Below are positions 1 through 9,390 of a DNA stretch of 64,000 nt, in pieces. Where the stretch lies: NCBI GenBank assembly GCA_900759415.1, contig CAAEVC010000155.1, forward strand, positions 36,084 through 100,083, written 5' to 3'. Position numbers and translations under genes: made by a program. Numbering within the stretch: the first letter of the stretch is position 1; the number at the start of each line of letters is the position of its first letter. Source of the stretch: an uncultured Dialister sp. (GTDB lineage: Bacteria; Bacillota; Negativicutes; Veillonellales; Dialisteraceae). The notes under the pieces were generated by a model that saw nothing but the letters and a program-made list of their open reading frames with translations, was not told where the DNA came from and made no database searches.

Positions 1-116
1 AAAAAATACATTGGTATTTTTTCACAACCCTCTCTTTATATGTGGCAAAGGGGATTTAACCTCACTCAACTCTTAAGCCCTTATCCGGGGCCTATAGATT
101 TATCAGCGGAGCCGAT

Positions 117-155
117 ACCTTTGCTTTGTGCTCATCGCTCATAGCTCAAGGCTCT
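117..155 (-). repeat. Five tandem degenerate heptamers directly after a stop codon
   Basis: Minus strand reads GAGCCTT GAGCTAT GAGCGAT GAGCACA AAGCAAA GGT; related copy at 3019-3056. Confidence 0.7.
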
Positions 156-1100
156 TTAACAGATGATGTTTTTCTGATTTCCTTCTATGTAGCTTTCCAG
201 GTTATCAAAGACGATGATGGCTCTTCTCTTCATGGCTTCTTCTGTATTGAATCCTACATGGGGTGTGAGAAGGATGTGAGGTGCATGGAGGAGGGGGTAA
301 TCCAGGGGAAGGGGCGGTTCCATGTCGAATACGTCGATGGCGGCACCGGCGATTTTTCCTTCGTTCAGTGCATCAGCAAGTGCTTTATTGTCTATGACAC
401 CGCCTCTGGCTGTATTGATGAGGATGGCTTCTTTTTTCATGAGGGATAATTTTTCCCGGTTGATGAAATGTTTTGTATCCGCTGTGAAGGGAAGGTGGAG
501 CGATACGATATCACTGGTTTTGAGAAGAGTGTCAAGGTCGGTGTATTCTATAGATGGATTGTTGTGAGAGCGGTTGTATCCGATGACTTTTGCGCCGAAG
601 ACTCTGGCCAGTTCTGCTACTCTGGATCCGATGGCACCGGTTCCGATGAGGCCGAGGGTACGGCCCTGAAGTTCGATTCCCTGGAGATTTCCTGCTTCCT
701 TCTGATTCCTTGTCACAGCATCTCCTTCCAGCAGTTTTCTGTACAGGGAAAGAATCATTCCGATAGTGATTTCAGCTACCGATTCGGTGGAGTAACCTGC
801 ACAGTTGGAGACGGCGATGTTCCGTTTTTTGCAGGTTTCGATGTCTACATGGTCGACGCCGGTGAAGGCTACGCAGATATACTTAAGAGAGGGAGCATAA
901 GAAAGGGCTTCTTCTTTTAATGGATAATTGGCAATGACGGCAAGGTCAGCTTTTTCTATACGATTTCCCAGCTCCTTCTGATCTTTGGGGAGACTGTCAT
1001 AGGAAGTCAGATGGAAACCTTTTTCCACAAGGTTTGCAGAAAGAGTATGAAGTACTTCTTTTGAAATGCCAAGAGGCTGAGCGATTACGATTTCTTTCAT
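156..1100 (-). CDS. D-isomer-specific 2-hydroxyacid dehydrogenase (glycerate/phosphoglycerate dehydrogenase-like)
   Basis: GLIGTGAIG NAD-binding motif, LINTARG, AAIDVFDMEP, TPHVG; RBS AAGGAG. Confidence 0.9.
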   Translation of the reverse strand: MKEIVIAQPLGISKEVLHTLSANLVEKGFHLTSYDSLPKDQKELGNRIEKADLAVIANYPLKEEALSYAPSLKYICVAFTGVDHVDIETCKKRNIAVSNCAGYSTESVAEITIGMILSLYRKLLEGDAVTRNQKEAGNLQGIELQGRTLGLIGTGAIGSRVAELARVFGAKVIGYNRSHNNPSIEYTDLDTLLKTSDIVSLHLPFTADTKHFINREKLSLMKKEAILINTARGGVIDNKALADALNEGKIAGAAIDVFDMEPPLPLDYPLLHAPHILLTPHVGFNTEEAMKRRAIIVFDNLESYIEGNQKNIIC

Positions 1101-1125
1101 GATAAGCTCCTTTCAGGACAGCACA

Positions 1126-2004
1126 TTATTTTCTGTGAAAGCCTTTAATCAGTACAGGACTGGGGACCTGAGAGAGGAATACTCCAATTGTCATGGCGAT
1201 GATGCCGATGTACTGACGGATGGTGAATGATTCATCGAGGAAGAAAATACCGGAAAGACCGCCAAATACCATTTCCATACTGAGAATCATGGAAGCTTCT
1301 GTAGGAGGGAGGTGTTTCTGCCCCACTGCTTGCAGGGTATAGGCGATGCTGGTAGACATGATGCCGGTGTAGAGAATCGGCCACAGGGCGCCCTGAAGGC
1401 CGGAAACGGAAGGTTCTTCAAAGGTGAAGGCAAGGATGAGGTTCAGGAAACCGGTGACAAAGAACTGTCCGCAGGAAAGGAGAACCGGTGAGAATCGCTG
1501 GGTCAGATAATTGAGCATGTGGATCTGAACGGTGAATGCCAGTGCACAGATAAGCATGAGCCCGTCGCCCAGACTGATAGAAAAATCTTCAGTAATAGAA
1601 ATATAATATACTCCGATCAATGCAAGGATGGCACCGATGATGTGATTCCTGAGGAGCGGATGACCGAGAAAGAGTCCGGTGAGTGGGACAAGAATGAGGT
1701 AATTGGCAGTCAGGAAACTTGCTTTAGAAGCGGTGGTGTACTGAAGGCCTACCTGCTGGAGGGTGGCACCGAAAAAGAGAGGAATGCCTACGAGGAGGAA
1801 GGCAAGCCAGAGGGGAATGGAAGTAGGAACAGGATTCTTTCCTGAAGGATACATGAAAAGAACGGGAAGAAGGGCGATGGAACCAAGGATGAAACGGAAA
1901 CCGTTGAAGGTGTATGGTCCGACACTGTCCATGCCCAAGACCTGAGCAACGAAGGCAACGCCCCAGATAAGGGATGCCAGAAGTAAAAGCAGACGATATT
2001 TCAT
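1126..2004 (-). CDS. DMT/EamA family transporter
   Basis: ~10 hydrophobic segments; IWGVAFVAQ and LQQVGLQYTTASKASFLT typical of EamA proteins. Confidence 0.88.
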   Translation of the reverse strand: MKYRLLLLLASLIWGVAFVAQVLGMDSVGPYTFNGFRFILGSIALLPVLFMYPSGKNPVPTSIPLWLAFLLVGIPLFFGATLQQVGLQYTTASKASFLTANYLILVPLTGLFLGHPLLRNHIIGAILALIGVYYISITEDFSISLGDGLMLICALAFTVQIHMLNYLTQRFSPVLLSCGQFFVTGFLNLILAFTFEEPSVSGLQGALWPILYTGIMSTSIAYTLQAVGQKHLPPTEASMILSMEMVFGGLSGIFFLDESFTIRQYIGIIAMTIGVFLSQVPSPVLIKGFHRK

Positions 2005-2092
2005 GAATAAACTCCTTTAGATAATGTATAATCATTATAGCAGATTTCATAATAAAGATTAAAAGAGTTTACGATAAGCAGGGGGAATTTTT

Positions 2093-2896
2093 ATGTCAAT
2101 TCGTATGATTGCTATAGATCTGGATGGTACGCTTCTTCATGATGATATGAGTATTTCAGCCTATTCCTGTGATGTGATCCGGAGAGCCATGGAAAAGGGA
2201 TATAAAGTGGTGATTGCTACAGGAAGAATGTGGGATTCCGCCCGTCTGAAGGTGGACCTTCTTTCTCTGGGAAATGTGCCGGTCATCTGCTATACCGGGG
2301 CCTGGATCATGATGAGTGAGACAGGGGAAACGGTAGAGAAGGAAGAAATGGAACCGGTGCTGGCAGAAAAGATTCTCCAGTCTGCCCGGGGAAAGGGATG
2401 GCATATCACTTCATTCATGGATGATCAGATTTATATGGATCAGCCGGACGGGACGGAAATCAAATACAGGAAATATCGTTCCAGGCAGCCTGTGTTTGTG
2501 GGAGAAGAATTCTATCATCCAAAGAAACCGGTGACTCGTATCGTCTTCTCCAATCCTTCTTTTGAAGAAAGGAAAAGGATTCGGGAAGAACTGGAAAAAG
2601 AATTTGGAAATAAAGTAGACATCGTATTCCCGGGAGATGATTTCATCGATGTGCATAAGAAAGGAATCAATAAAGCAGAAGCCGTCCGTTTCCTCTGCAG
2701 GAAAGAGGGCTTTACCATGGATGAAGTCATGGCTTTTGGAAATACAGAAAATGATGTGCCCCTTCTTAAAGAAGCAGGCCTGTCCTATGCAGTGGCGAAT
2801 GCAGATGATATAGCAAAGGATGCGGCCAAAGAAATCTGCCCTTCTAATGAAGAAGACGGGGTAGCCAGAACGATTGAGAAAATGCTGGATATCTGA
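2093..2896 (+). CDS. Cof-type HAD-IIB hydrolase
   Basis: DLDGTLL, IATGR, K..A, MAFGNTEND motifs. Confidence 0.9.
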   Translation: MSIRMIAIDLDGTLLHDDMSISAYSCDVIRRAMEKGYKVVIATGRMWDSARLKVDLLSLGNVPVICYTGAWIMMSETGETVEKEEMEPVLAEKILQSARGKGWHITSFMDDQIYMDQPDGTEIKYRKYRSRQPVFVGEEFYHPKKPVTRIVFSNPSFEERKRIREELEKEFGNKVDIVFPGDDFIDVHKKGINKAEAVRFLCRKEGFTMDEVMAFGNTENDVPLLKEAGLSYAVANADDIAKDAAKEICPSNEEDGVARTIEKMLDI

Positions 2897-2957
2897 TTCT
2901 GTCAGCAGTGCTGAGGGATAGGGGAAAGAAGACCGATATGCGGCATCCATATAGCAA

Positions 2958-2991
2958 AACTCCTCTGAGTCGATTTTGATTCAGAGGAGTT
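2958..2991. terminator. Intrinsic terminator-like hairpin between convergent genes
   Basis: AACTCCTCTGAGTC-GATTTT-GATTCAGAGGAGTT inverted repeat. Confidence 0.65.
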
Positions 2992-3018
2992 CTTTATTTG
3001 GGAATAATGAAGTTTTTT

Positions 3019-3056
3019 ACCTTTGCTCTGTGCTCATATCTCTGCGCTCATGGCTT
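3019..3056 (-). repeat. Five tandem degenerate heptamers just after a stop codon
   Basis: Minus strand reads AAGCCAT GAGCGCA GAGATAT GAGCACA GAGCAAA GGT; related to 117-155. Confidence 0.7.
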
Positions 3057-3063
3057 TTTTGTT

Positions 3064-3984
3064 TTATTTCCTCTCCATGAAGAATGTAAGCGTGTCCTTG
3101 AGGCCATCCTGCAGGTTATAGGATGGTTTCCACTGAAGGATGGATTTTGTTTTTTCATTGGAGAGGGAGGAACGGTGGATGTCTCCTGTTCTTTCAGGAC
3201 CATAATGGATCATAGATTCATCAAGCCCTGCAAGGGATACCATGGTTTTTGCCAGTTCGTTAAGAGAGATTTCTGTTTCGGTGCTCACGTTGCAGATTTC
3301 TTCGTCGCCTCTGGTAAGGGCAGCGATGTTTGCACTGACAATGTCGTGAACGGAGATGAAATCTCTTGTCTGGGTGCCGTCACCGAATATGGTAATCGGC
3401 TTTCCTTCGGCGAGAAGTTTAGAGAAGATGTAGATGACGCCGCCTTCTCCATGGGCGCCCTGACGGGGACCGTATACATTGCTGTAGCGGAGAATGGTGT
3501 AATGAAGGCCATAGAGTTTATGGTAGAGTGCCAGATATCTTTCGGTCATCCATTTGGTGAGTCCGTAGAAGGAGGTGGGATCCGGTACTTCACTTTCTTT
3601 TAAGGGAAGTGACAGATTATCTCCGTAGATGGCAGCAGAAGAGGAGAAAATGATTTTCCTGACTCCCGTCTTCCTTGCATTTTCCAGAATGGAAAGAAGG
3701 CCCATGATATTTTCATCAGCATCATAATAGGGGTTGTCAATGGAAGCAGGGACCATGGTCTGGGCTGCTTCATGATAGACGGTATCGAAGTGATGGGTCC
3801 TGAAGATATTTTCTATTTCAGGACTTCTGATGTCTGCTTCGATCCACTCCGCTTCTTTTGGAATAAATTCTCTGCTTCCGGTGGAAAGGTTATCGATGAT
3901 GGTGACCTTGTGCCCTTCTTTGATTAAGGCGTCTACCAGATGAGAACCAATGAATCCTGCACCGCCGGTTACTAAAATGTTCAT
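3064..3984 (-). CDS. NAD-dependent NDP-sugar epimerase/dehydratase (UDP-glucose 4-epimerase-like)
   Basis: TGGAGFIGSH, SSSAAIYG, YGLTK (YxxxK), RYSNVYGPRQ. Confidence 0.9.
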   Translation of the reverse strand: MNILVTGGAGFIGSHLVDALIKEGHKVTIIDNLSTGSREFIPKEAEWIEADIRSPEIENIFRTHHFDTVYHEAAQTMVPASIDNPYYDADENIMGLLSILENARKTGVRKIIFSSSAAIYGDNLSLPLKESEVPDPTSFYGLTKWMTERYLALYHKLYGLHYTILRYSNVYGPRQGAHGEGGVIYIFSKLLAEGKPITIFGDGTQTRDFISVHDIVSANIAALTRGDEEICNVSTETEISLNELAKTMVSLAGLDESMIHYGPERTGDIHRSSLSNEKTKSILQWKPSYNLQDGLKDTLTFFMERK

Positions 3985-4055
3985 GTATATGCTCCAATCC
4001 TGAAAAATATACTTTCCTTTATCTCACAGATGACAGAAGGAAAGATATTTTTCCT

Positions 4056-4820
4056 TTATTCTTCAATGATCAGTTCAATGGGGCAGTGATCGCTTCCCAT
4101 GATTTCAGGATGAATGGATGCACCTTTGATGTGATCATTCCAGTCACTGGAAACAAGGAAATAGTCAATTCTCCAGCCTACATTTCTTTCTCTTGCTTTT
4201 GCAAAGTAACTCCACCAGGAATAGGCATCCTTCTGATCCGGATGGAGGTAGCGGAAGGAATCGGTAAATCCTGAAGAAAGAAGAGCAGTCATTTTGCTTC
4301 TTTCTTCATCGGTAAATCCGGCATTCTTATGGTTGGAGGCAGGGTTAGCAATATCGATTTCTTCATGAGCTACGTTGAGGTCGCCGCAGAAAATGACCGG
4401 TTTTTCTTTTGCAAGGCCGGTGAGATAATCTCTTGCTGCATCTTCCCAGTCCATGCGGTAATCGAGACGAAGAAGGCCGCGCTTGCTGTTTGGTGTATAG
4501 CAGCAAATGAGGTAATGGCTGCCGAAGTCAGCAGTAATGATACGGCCTTCCTGGTCATGTTCTTCTATGCCAAGGCCATAGGTTACAGATTTCGGTTCTT
4601 CTTTCGTAAAGATGGCGGTGCCGCTGTATCCTTTCTTCACCGCACTGTTCCAGTACTGGTGATAGCCTGGGAGTTCCAGTTCGATCTGATCAGGCTGAAG
4701 CTTGGTTTCCTGTAGGCATACGCAGTCTGCATCGAGGGCATTGAACGCATCCATAAAGCCTTTTTTCAGGCAGGCTCTTAAACCATTCACGTTCCAGGAA
4801 ATGTATTTCAGTTGTTTCAT
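4056..4820 (-). CDS. xth: Exodeoxyribonuclease III / AP endonuclease
   Basis: SWNVNGLRA, LQETK, GDLNVAH, GWRIDYF, SDHCP. Confidence 0.95.
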   Translation of the reverse strand: MKQLKYISWNVNGLRACLKKGFMDAFNALDADCVCLQETKLQPDQIELELPGYHQYWNSAVKKGYSGTAIFTKEEPKSVTYGLGIEEHDQEGRIITADFGSHYLICCYTPNSKRGLLRLDYRMDWEDAARDYLTGLAKEKPVIFCGDLNVAHEEIDIANPASNHKNAGFTDEERSKMTALLSSGFTDSFRYLHPDQKDAYSWWSYFAKARERNVGWRIDYFLVSSDWNDHIKGASIHPEIMGSDHCPIELIIEE

Positions 4821-4969
4821 AAGAATCTCCTTTCAGTAATGCTGCAAGATCATATTCAAATTATACACTCTGTATATGCCATTTTCTATTATAGAACATA
4901 GCATGAAGAGTTAAAAAAGTTTAAACGGAATGATAAATCACTGTGAATTCCCATAAGAGAAATGAAAAT

Positions 4970-6304
4970 TCATCTTTCGTGGATATATTTTTTGTAGAGG
5001 AAAATGCAGATAAGTACAGAAAGCAGGGACCCTGCAGGAGTCGCCATTCCCATAGGCCAGAGGGGGTCGGCAAACATGACAGAAGCCAGATAGGTGCCTG
5101 GGATGCGGACGGCAAAGATGGAAATCACATTATGAATGAAAGAGAAAATGGCTTTCCTGTAAGCTGCAAAATAACCGCTGAAACAAAAGTGTACGCCGGC
5201 AACAGCACAGTCAATGACGTAAGACTGAAGGTAATCATCGCCCATGCGGACCACATTGTCTTCTCCGGGAACGAAGAGTGCCATGATTTCAGCCGCTTTG
5301 TAGTGGACGAGAATGATACAGAAGATGCCGAATGCGATGCAGATGGAAATGCCGTAATAAAGCGCTTTTCTGCCTCGGCTGTGATTTCTGGCGCCTGCAT
5401 TCTGAGCGGCGGTGGCAGAGACAGTGGCCATCATGGCAGACGGAACGAGGAAGAGGAAGCTGATGATTTTTTCTACAATACCTACGGCAGCAGCCGCTTC
5501 TACGCCAAGCCCATTGGCAATGGCTGTGATGGCGAGGAAGGAAATCTGAATCAGTCCATCCTGACAGGAAATAGGAAGGCCGATGGATAAGATATCATGA
5601 ATGTCACTTTTCAGCGGTTTGAAATCTTCCAGCGTAAGGCCAAGGGGCATGAGATTCCTGTACATGTAACCCAGTGCAAAGATGACGCTCACTGCTTCAC
5701 TGATCAGCGTTCCCCAGGCGGCGCCGGCAGCTGCCATATGATAGTGGCCGATGAGGATGTAATCAAGGGAAATATTGAAGAGCCCTGCGATGGCGATGAA
5801 TATCATAGGCGCTTTCGTATTGCCTGCGCCTCTAAGGATGCCGGAGAGCACATTATAGATGATGATAAAGGGAATACCTGCAAAGCAGATGTAGAGATAT
5901 TTCGTAGTTTCTTCCCATGCTTCCAGAGGAGTCTGAAGGACAGTGAGAATGGAGGGAATAGAGAAAATAAGAATGAAGGTAAGAATAAAAGAAGCAGGGA
6001 GAAATAAAAGGGTGGAGCTTCCCATGAGACGGTAGGACCCTTTGTCATCCTTTTCTCCCATTGCACGGGCAATGCATACGGTTGTCCCGGTGGTAAGTCC
6101 TGCTATGATGACGATGACCATATGCATGACCTGACTGCCTATGGCGACTCCTGTTACCGGAGCGGCGCCGTAGTACTGTCCGGTAATGAAAAGATCCGCC
6201 ATGCCATAGAAGGTCTGCAGGAAACAGGCAGCCAGATAGGGGATGGCAAAGGTCATCATCTTAGAAAGAAGAGGGCCTTTTGTTAAATCATTTTTTATAA
6301 CCAT
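4970..6304 (-). CDS. MATE family efflux transporter
   Basis: DLTKGP start, two-fold repeated MATE architecture, RGAGNTKAP, GAAWGTLIS. Confidence 0.9.
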   Translation of the reverse strand: MVIKNDLTKGPLLSKMMTFAIPYLAACFLQTFYGMADLFITGQYYGAAPVTGVAIGSQVMHMVIVIIAGLTTGTTVCIARAMGEKDDKGSYRLMGSSTLLFLPASFILTFILIFSIPSILTVLQTPLEAWEETTKYLYICFAGIPFIIIYNVLSGILRGAGNTKAPMIFIAIAGLFNISLDYILIGHYHMAAAGAAWGTLISEAVSVIFALGYMYRNLMPLGLTLEDFKPLKSDIHDILSIGLPISCQDGLIQISFLAITAIANGLGVEAAAAVGIVEKIISFLFLVPSAMMATVSATAAQNAGARNHSRGRKALYYGISICIAFGIFCIILVHYKAAEIMALFVPGEDNVVRMGDDYLQSYVIDCAVAGVHFCFSGYFAAYRKAIFSFIHNVISIFAVRIPGTYLASVMFADPLWPMGMATPAGSLLSVLICIFLYKKYIHER

Positions 6305-6548
6305 ATGTACCTCTTGATTTCAAATGTTAGGAGTGGCAGAACGGGGGAATTCACAGATAAAATGATTTCATTATATCCATAAAAATTCTGGAATATTCTC
6401 AGTATAGCATTTTATCCGCTGATATGCACAGAAGAGAGGAATACTGGATGAACAGGGAGCAAGATACACCGTGTATTTATTTCTCCTTTATGATAAAATA
6501 AATTAGTTATGACATGATTATATTCATTACTATTTGACAGGTGTATAT

Positions 6549-8648
6549 ATGAGTTATCAGAAGAATGATTATCAGAAAAAGTCCCGCAAATCGGAAGAGA
6601 AGAATCGTTCCCATTTGATGAACCGCGATGGTACATTCCATATAGATAAGAAAGAAAGTCCAGGTCATTGGAAACGATGGTGGCTGATTGCGACGCTGGT
6701 CCCGTTCTGCTTTGCATTTTTCCTTTCCTGGTATTTTGGCATGCCTGGAGGTTATGAACCTTTTTCTCAGGTGAAAGTATTCCTCCTGTTCCTGCAGGTA
6801 GGATTTATTACCGCCTATTTCATCCGTCATCATCTGACAAAGGCGGCTGTCCATCTATGGCTGACCATTATTTTCCTATGGGCTTTGTCCCTTATCGTAC
6901 CTTTCCTTTCGACTCAGACCGATGTGCTCCTTGATATGTCTGATGTGTCAGGGGAACTTTCGACGCCCCTTTATCTTTTTATTTCCTGCCTTTCTGCAGC
7001 ATGGATCCTTCCGGGAAAATTCAGGATGATTGCCCGGTTGTTCTGCGTAGTACTTATCCTTCTGTATCTGCTTGTTCAATTTACCTATGTCGGGTATTAC
7101 GCAATAACCCATTCCCTGATTTCCATCAATATGCTTCTGGCACTTGCTCAAACGAATGTGGCAGAAACCATGGAGTATATCGAGGTGAATATTCCTTATG
7201 GGGAACTTATTGGCGGCGTGGGAGCTCTTATCATACTGGCATGGCTCCTTTTCAAGGCAAGCCGTTTCAGTTTCAACAGGAATCAGGTATCCAGAAAGAC
7301 CTGGTTTATCATGGTTCTCCTCTTTTTTGTCAATTTGGGACTTTCCGGTCTGTCTATCGGTTCTACCCGTCTGGCTCATGTGTATTATGAAACCTATGAA
7401 ACGCTGAAGAGCTTTTCGGATTTCCAGAAGATGGCAGATGCCCGAAGAAATATGCACATTGCAGATGAGAGTGTCGTACGCCGACTTAAGGAAGCACCAG
7501 ATGGTGTCTATGTGCTTGTAATTGGTGAATCTCTCACAAGGGATCATATGAATGTGTATGGATATCTAAGAGAGACCACGCCTTTTCAGTCGGAAGCAGT
7601 GATAGATCCGCATTATATTTTCTTTAATCACGGATATTCCTGTTATACACAGACAGTGCAGGTATTGACAGAGGCACTGACTGAGAAAAATCAGTATAAT
7701 GATATGGCTCTTGCCAAAGCGTACTCCATTATTGATCTGGCTAGAGAAGCAGGGTTCCGCACCACTTGGATTTCCAATCAGTCCCGGTTCGGTGTGTGGG
7801 ATACGCCTATCGGCGCCATTGGTTCTGCCTGTGATGATCAGTACTGGATCAATTCTTATGTAGGGACCGATGTGATTACGAAGGATTATGATACAGCACT
7901 TATTCCGTATCTGAAAAAGGTGGATCCAAACAACCGCCGTCAGCTCATTGTCATTCATCTCATGGGAAGCCATGTAAGCTACTGGGACCGCTATCCTTCT
8001 GAGTTCTATCACTGGCCCACTGATATGGGAAAGGAGAGAACCAAGGAAGAAATCATGAATGATGAATATGATAATTCTGTCCTTTTCAACGATTATGTGC
8101 TTGAAAACATCATGAACACCGCCACTAATTATCTGCATGCAGACAGTGTTCTTTATTTCTCCGACCATGGAGAACAGGTCACTGAAAGACCGGGACATAA
8201 TGCAGACCAGTTTGATTACACCATGGTCCATATTCCTTTCTGGATCTATCTGTCCGGTGATTATCAGATGACTCACAAGGCAGAAGTGGCCCGGATGTGG
8301 GAAAGACGGAATATGCCTTTCTCCAATGATATGCTTTATGATACGCTCATGGGAATGATGGGACTTACGGCTGCTCATTATGACCCGACAGCCGATATAT
8401 TCTCTACCAGATTCGATAAGGATGTCACAACGCTCATGACCATGTACGGTAATGTGATGATCCGGAATGATACTGAACAGCTGGGACCGGATAAGGCTGA
8501 GCATGATGCAGAATGGAATGGCCGTATTGCTGCCCGGGCACAGGCAGCAGGACATCACAGTTTTGACTGGAATGATTTCCATCCTATAAAGATTAAGTCA
8601 GAAAATGTGCCGGTAGTAGAAAATACAGGTATTGCACAGGAAGGCTGA
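6549..8648 (+). CDS. Phosphoethanolamine transferase family protein (membrane domain + sulfatase-fold domain)
   Basis: N-terminal TM helices; VLVIGES, WISNQ, HLMGSH, YDNSV, YFSDHGE motifs of the EptA/CptA-like family; ATG 6549 chosen over TTG 6534. Confidence 0.85.
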   Translation: MSYQKNDYQKKSRKSEEKNRSHLMNRDGTFHIDKKESPGHWKRWWLIATLVPFCFAFFLSWYFGMPGGYEPFSQVKVFLLFLQVGFITAYFIRHHLTKAAVHLWLTIIFLWALSLIVPFLSTQTDVLLDMSDVSGELSTPLYLFISCLSAAWILPGKFRMIARLFCVVLILLYLLVQFTYVGYYAITHSLISINMLLALAQTNVAETMEYIEVNIPYGELIGGVGALIILAWLLFKASRFSFNRNQVSRKTWFIMVLLFFVNLGLSGLSIGSTRLAHVYYETYETLKSFSDFQKMADARRNMHIADESVVRRLKEAPDGVYVLVIGESLTRDHMNVYGYLRETTPFQSEAVIDPHYIFFNHGYSCYTQTVQVLTEALTEKNQYNDMALAKAYSIIDLAREAGFRTTWISNQSRFGVWDTPIGAIGSACDDQYWINSYVGTDVITKDYDTALIPYLKKVDPNNRRQLIVIHLMGSHVSYWDRYPSEFYHWPTDMGKERTKEEIMNDEYDNSVLFNDYVLENIMNTATNYLHADSVLYFSDHGEQVTERPGHNADQFDYTMVHIPFWIYLSGDYQMTHKAEVARMWERRNMPFSNDMLYDTLMGMMGLTAAHYDPTADIFSTRFDKDVTTLMTMYGNVMIRNDTEQLGPDKAEHDAEWNGRIAARAQAAGHHSFDWNDFHPIKIKSENVPVVENTGIAQEG

Positions 8649-8734
8649 AGTTCTGCCAGTGAGAGACAGTCTATTTGTCAGGTATGGCAGACTGTGATAC
8701 TATACAGATAATATTAGATTCAACAGGAGGATTT

Positions 8735-9385
8735 ATGAGGCTTCGCAGGAAACCCTGGATCGAAGAGGCGATCAAAGAATACACATCCATTCTTTATCTG
8801 GATGAACCAACAGAAGAAAAGGGGAAATGGAGAGAACTGTTTCCTCATCCGGAAAATGAACTTCATGTGGAATTTGGCACAGGAAAAGGACAGTTCATTT
8901 CCGGCATGGCTGCTATTCATCCCGACGTGAACTATGTGGGTATGGAAGTACAGGAAGGGGTCATTTATTATGCTGCCAAGAAGACAGCAGAAAAGGATCC
9001 CCCGCTTACCAATGTACGCCTGATCCTTGGGGATGTAAGTGAAATTCTTAATATTTTTGATGAAGGAGAGGTAGACGTTATCTACCTGAATTTCAGTGAT
9101 CCCTGGCCAAAGAAAAGACATGCAAAGAGAAGACTGACCTACAGGGATTTTCTGAAACGTTATGCCCTTATACTGAAGGAAGGCGGAGAAATCCGTTTCA
9201 AGACAGATAATAAGGACCTTTTTGATTTTTCCATTGAAGAATTTAAAGCGATGGGATGGGAACTTTCTGATGTGACCTATGACCTTCATTCCAACAGGGT
9301 TGAAGGGGATGTGGAAACGGAATATGAAGAAAAGTTCTCCAGAAAGGGGAATCCGGTATGTCGTCTCGTGGCGAGACGCCCCTGA
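8735..9385 (+). CDS. trmB: tRNA (guanine-N7)-methyltransferase
   Basis: MRLRRKPW start after AGGAGG; VEFGTGKG, LNFSDPWPKKRHAKRRLT, FKTDN, TEYEEKF. Confidence 0.95.
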   Translation: MRLRRKPWIEEAIKEYTSILYLDEPTEEKGKWRELFPHPENELHVEFGTGKGQFISGMAAIHPDVNYVGMEVQEGVIYYAAKKTAEKDPPLTNVRLILGDVSEILNIFDEGEVDVIYLNFSDPWPKKRHAKRRLTYRDFLKRYALILKEGGEIRFKTDNKDLFDFSIEEFKAMGWELSDVTYDLHSNRVEGDVETEYEEKFSRKGNPVCRLVARRP

Positions 9386-9390
9386 TCAAT

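Noticed and set aside
7566..8582. Long antisense ORFs here and elsewhere (e.g. 15017-16066, 29517-30461, 55252-56286)
   Set aside because: Shadows of real genes on the opposite strand, with no recognisable motifs
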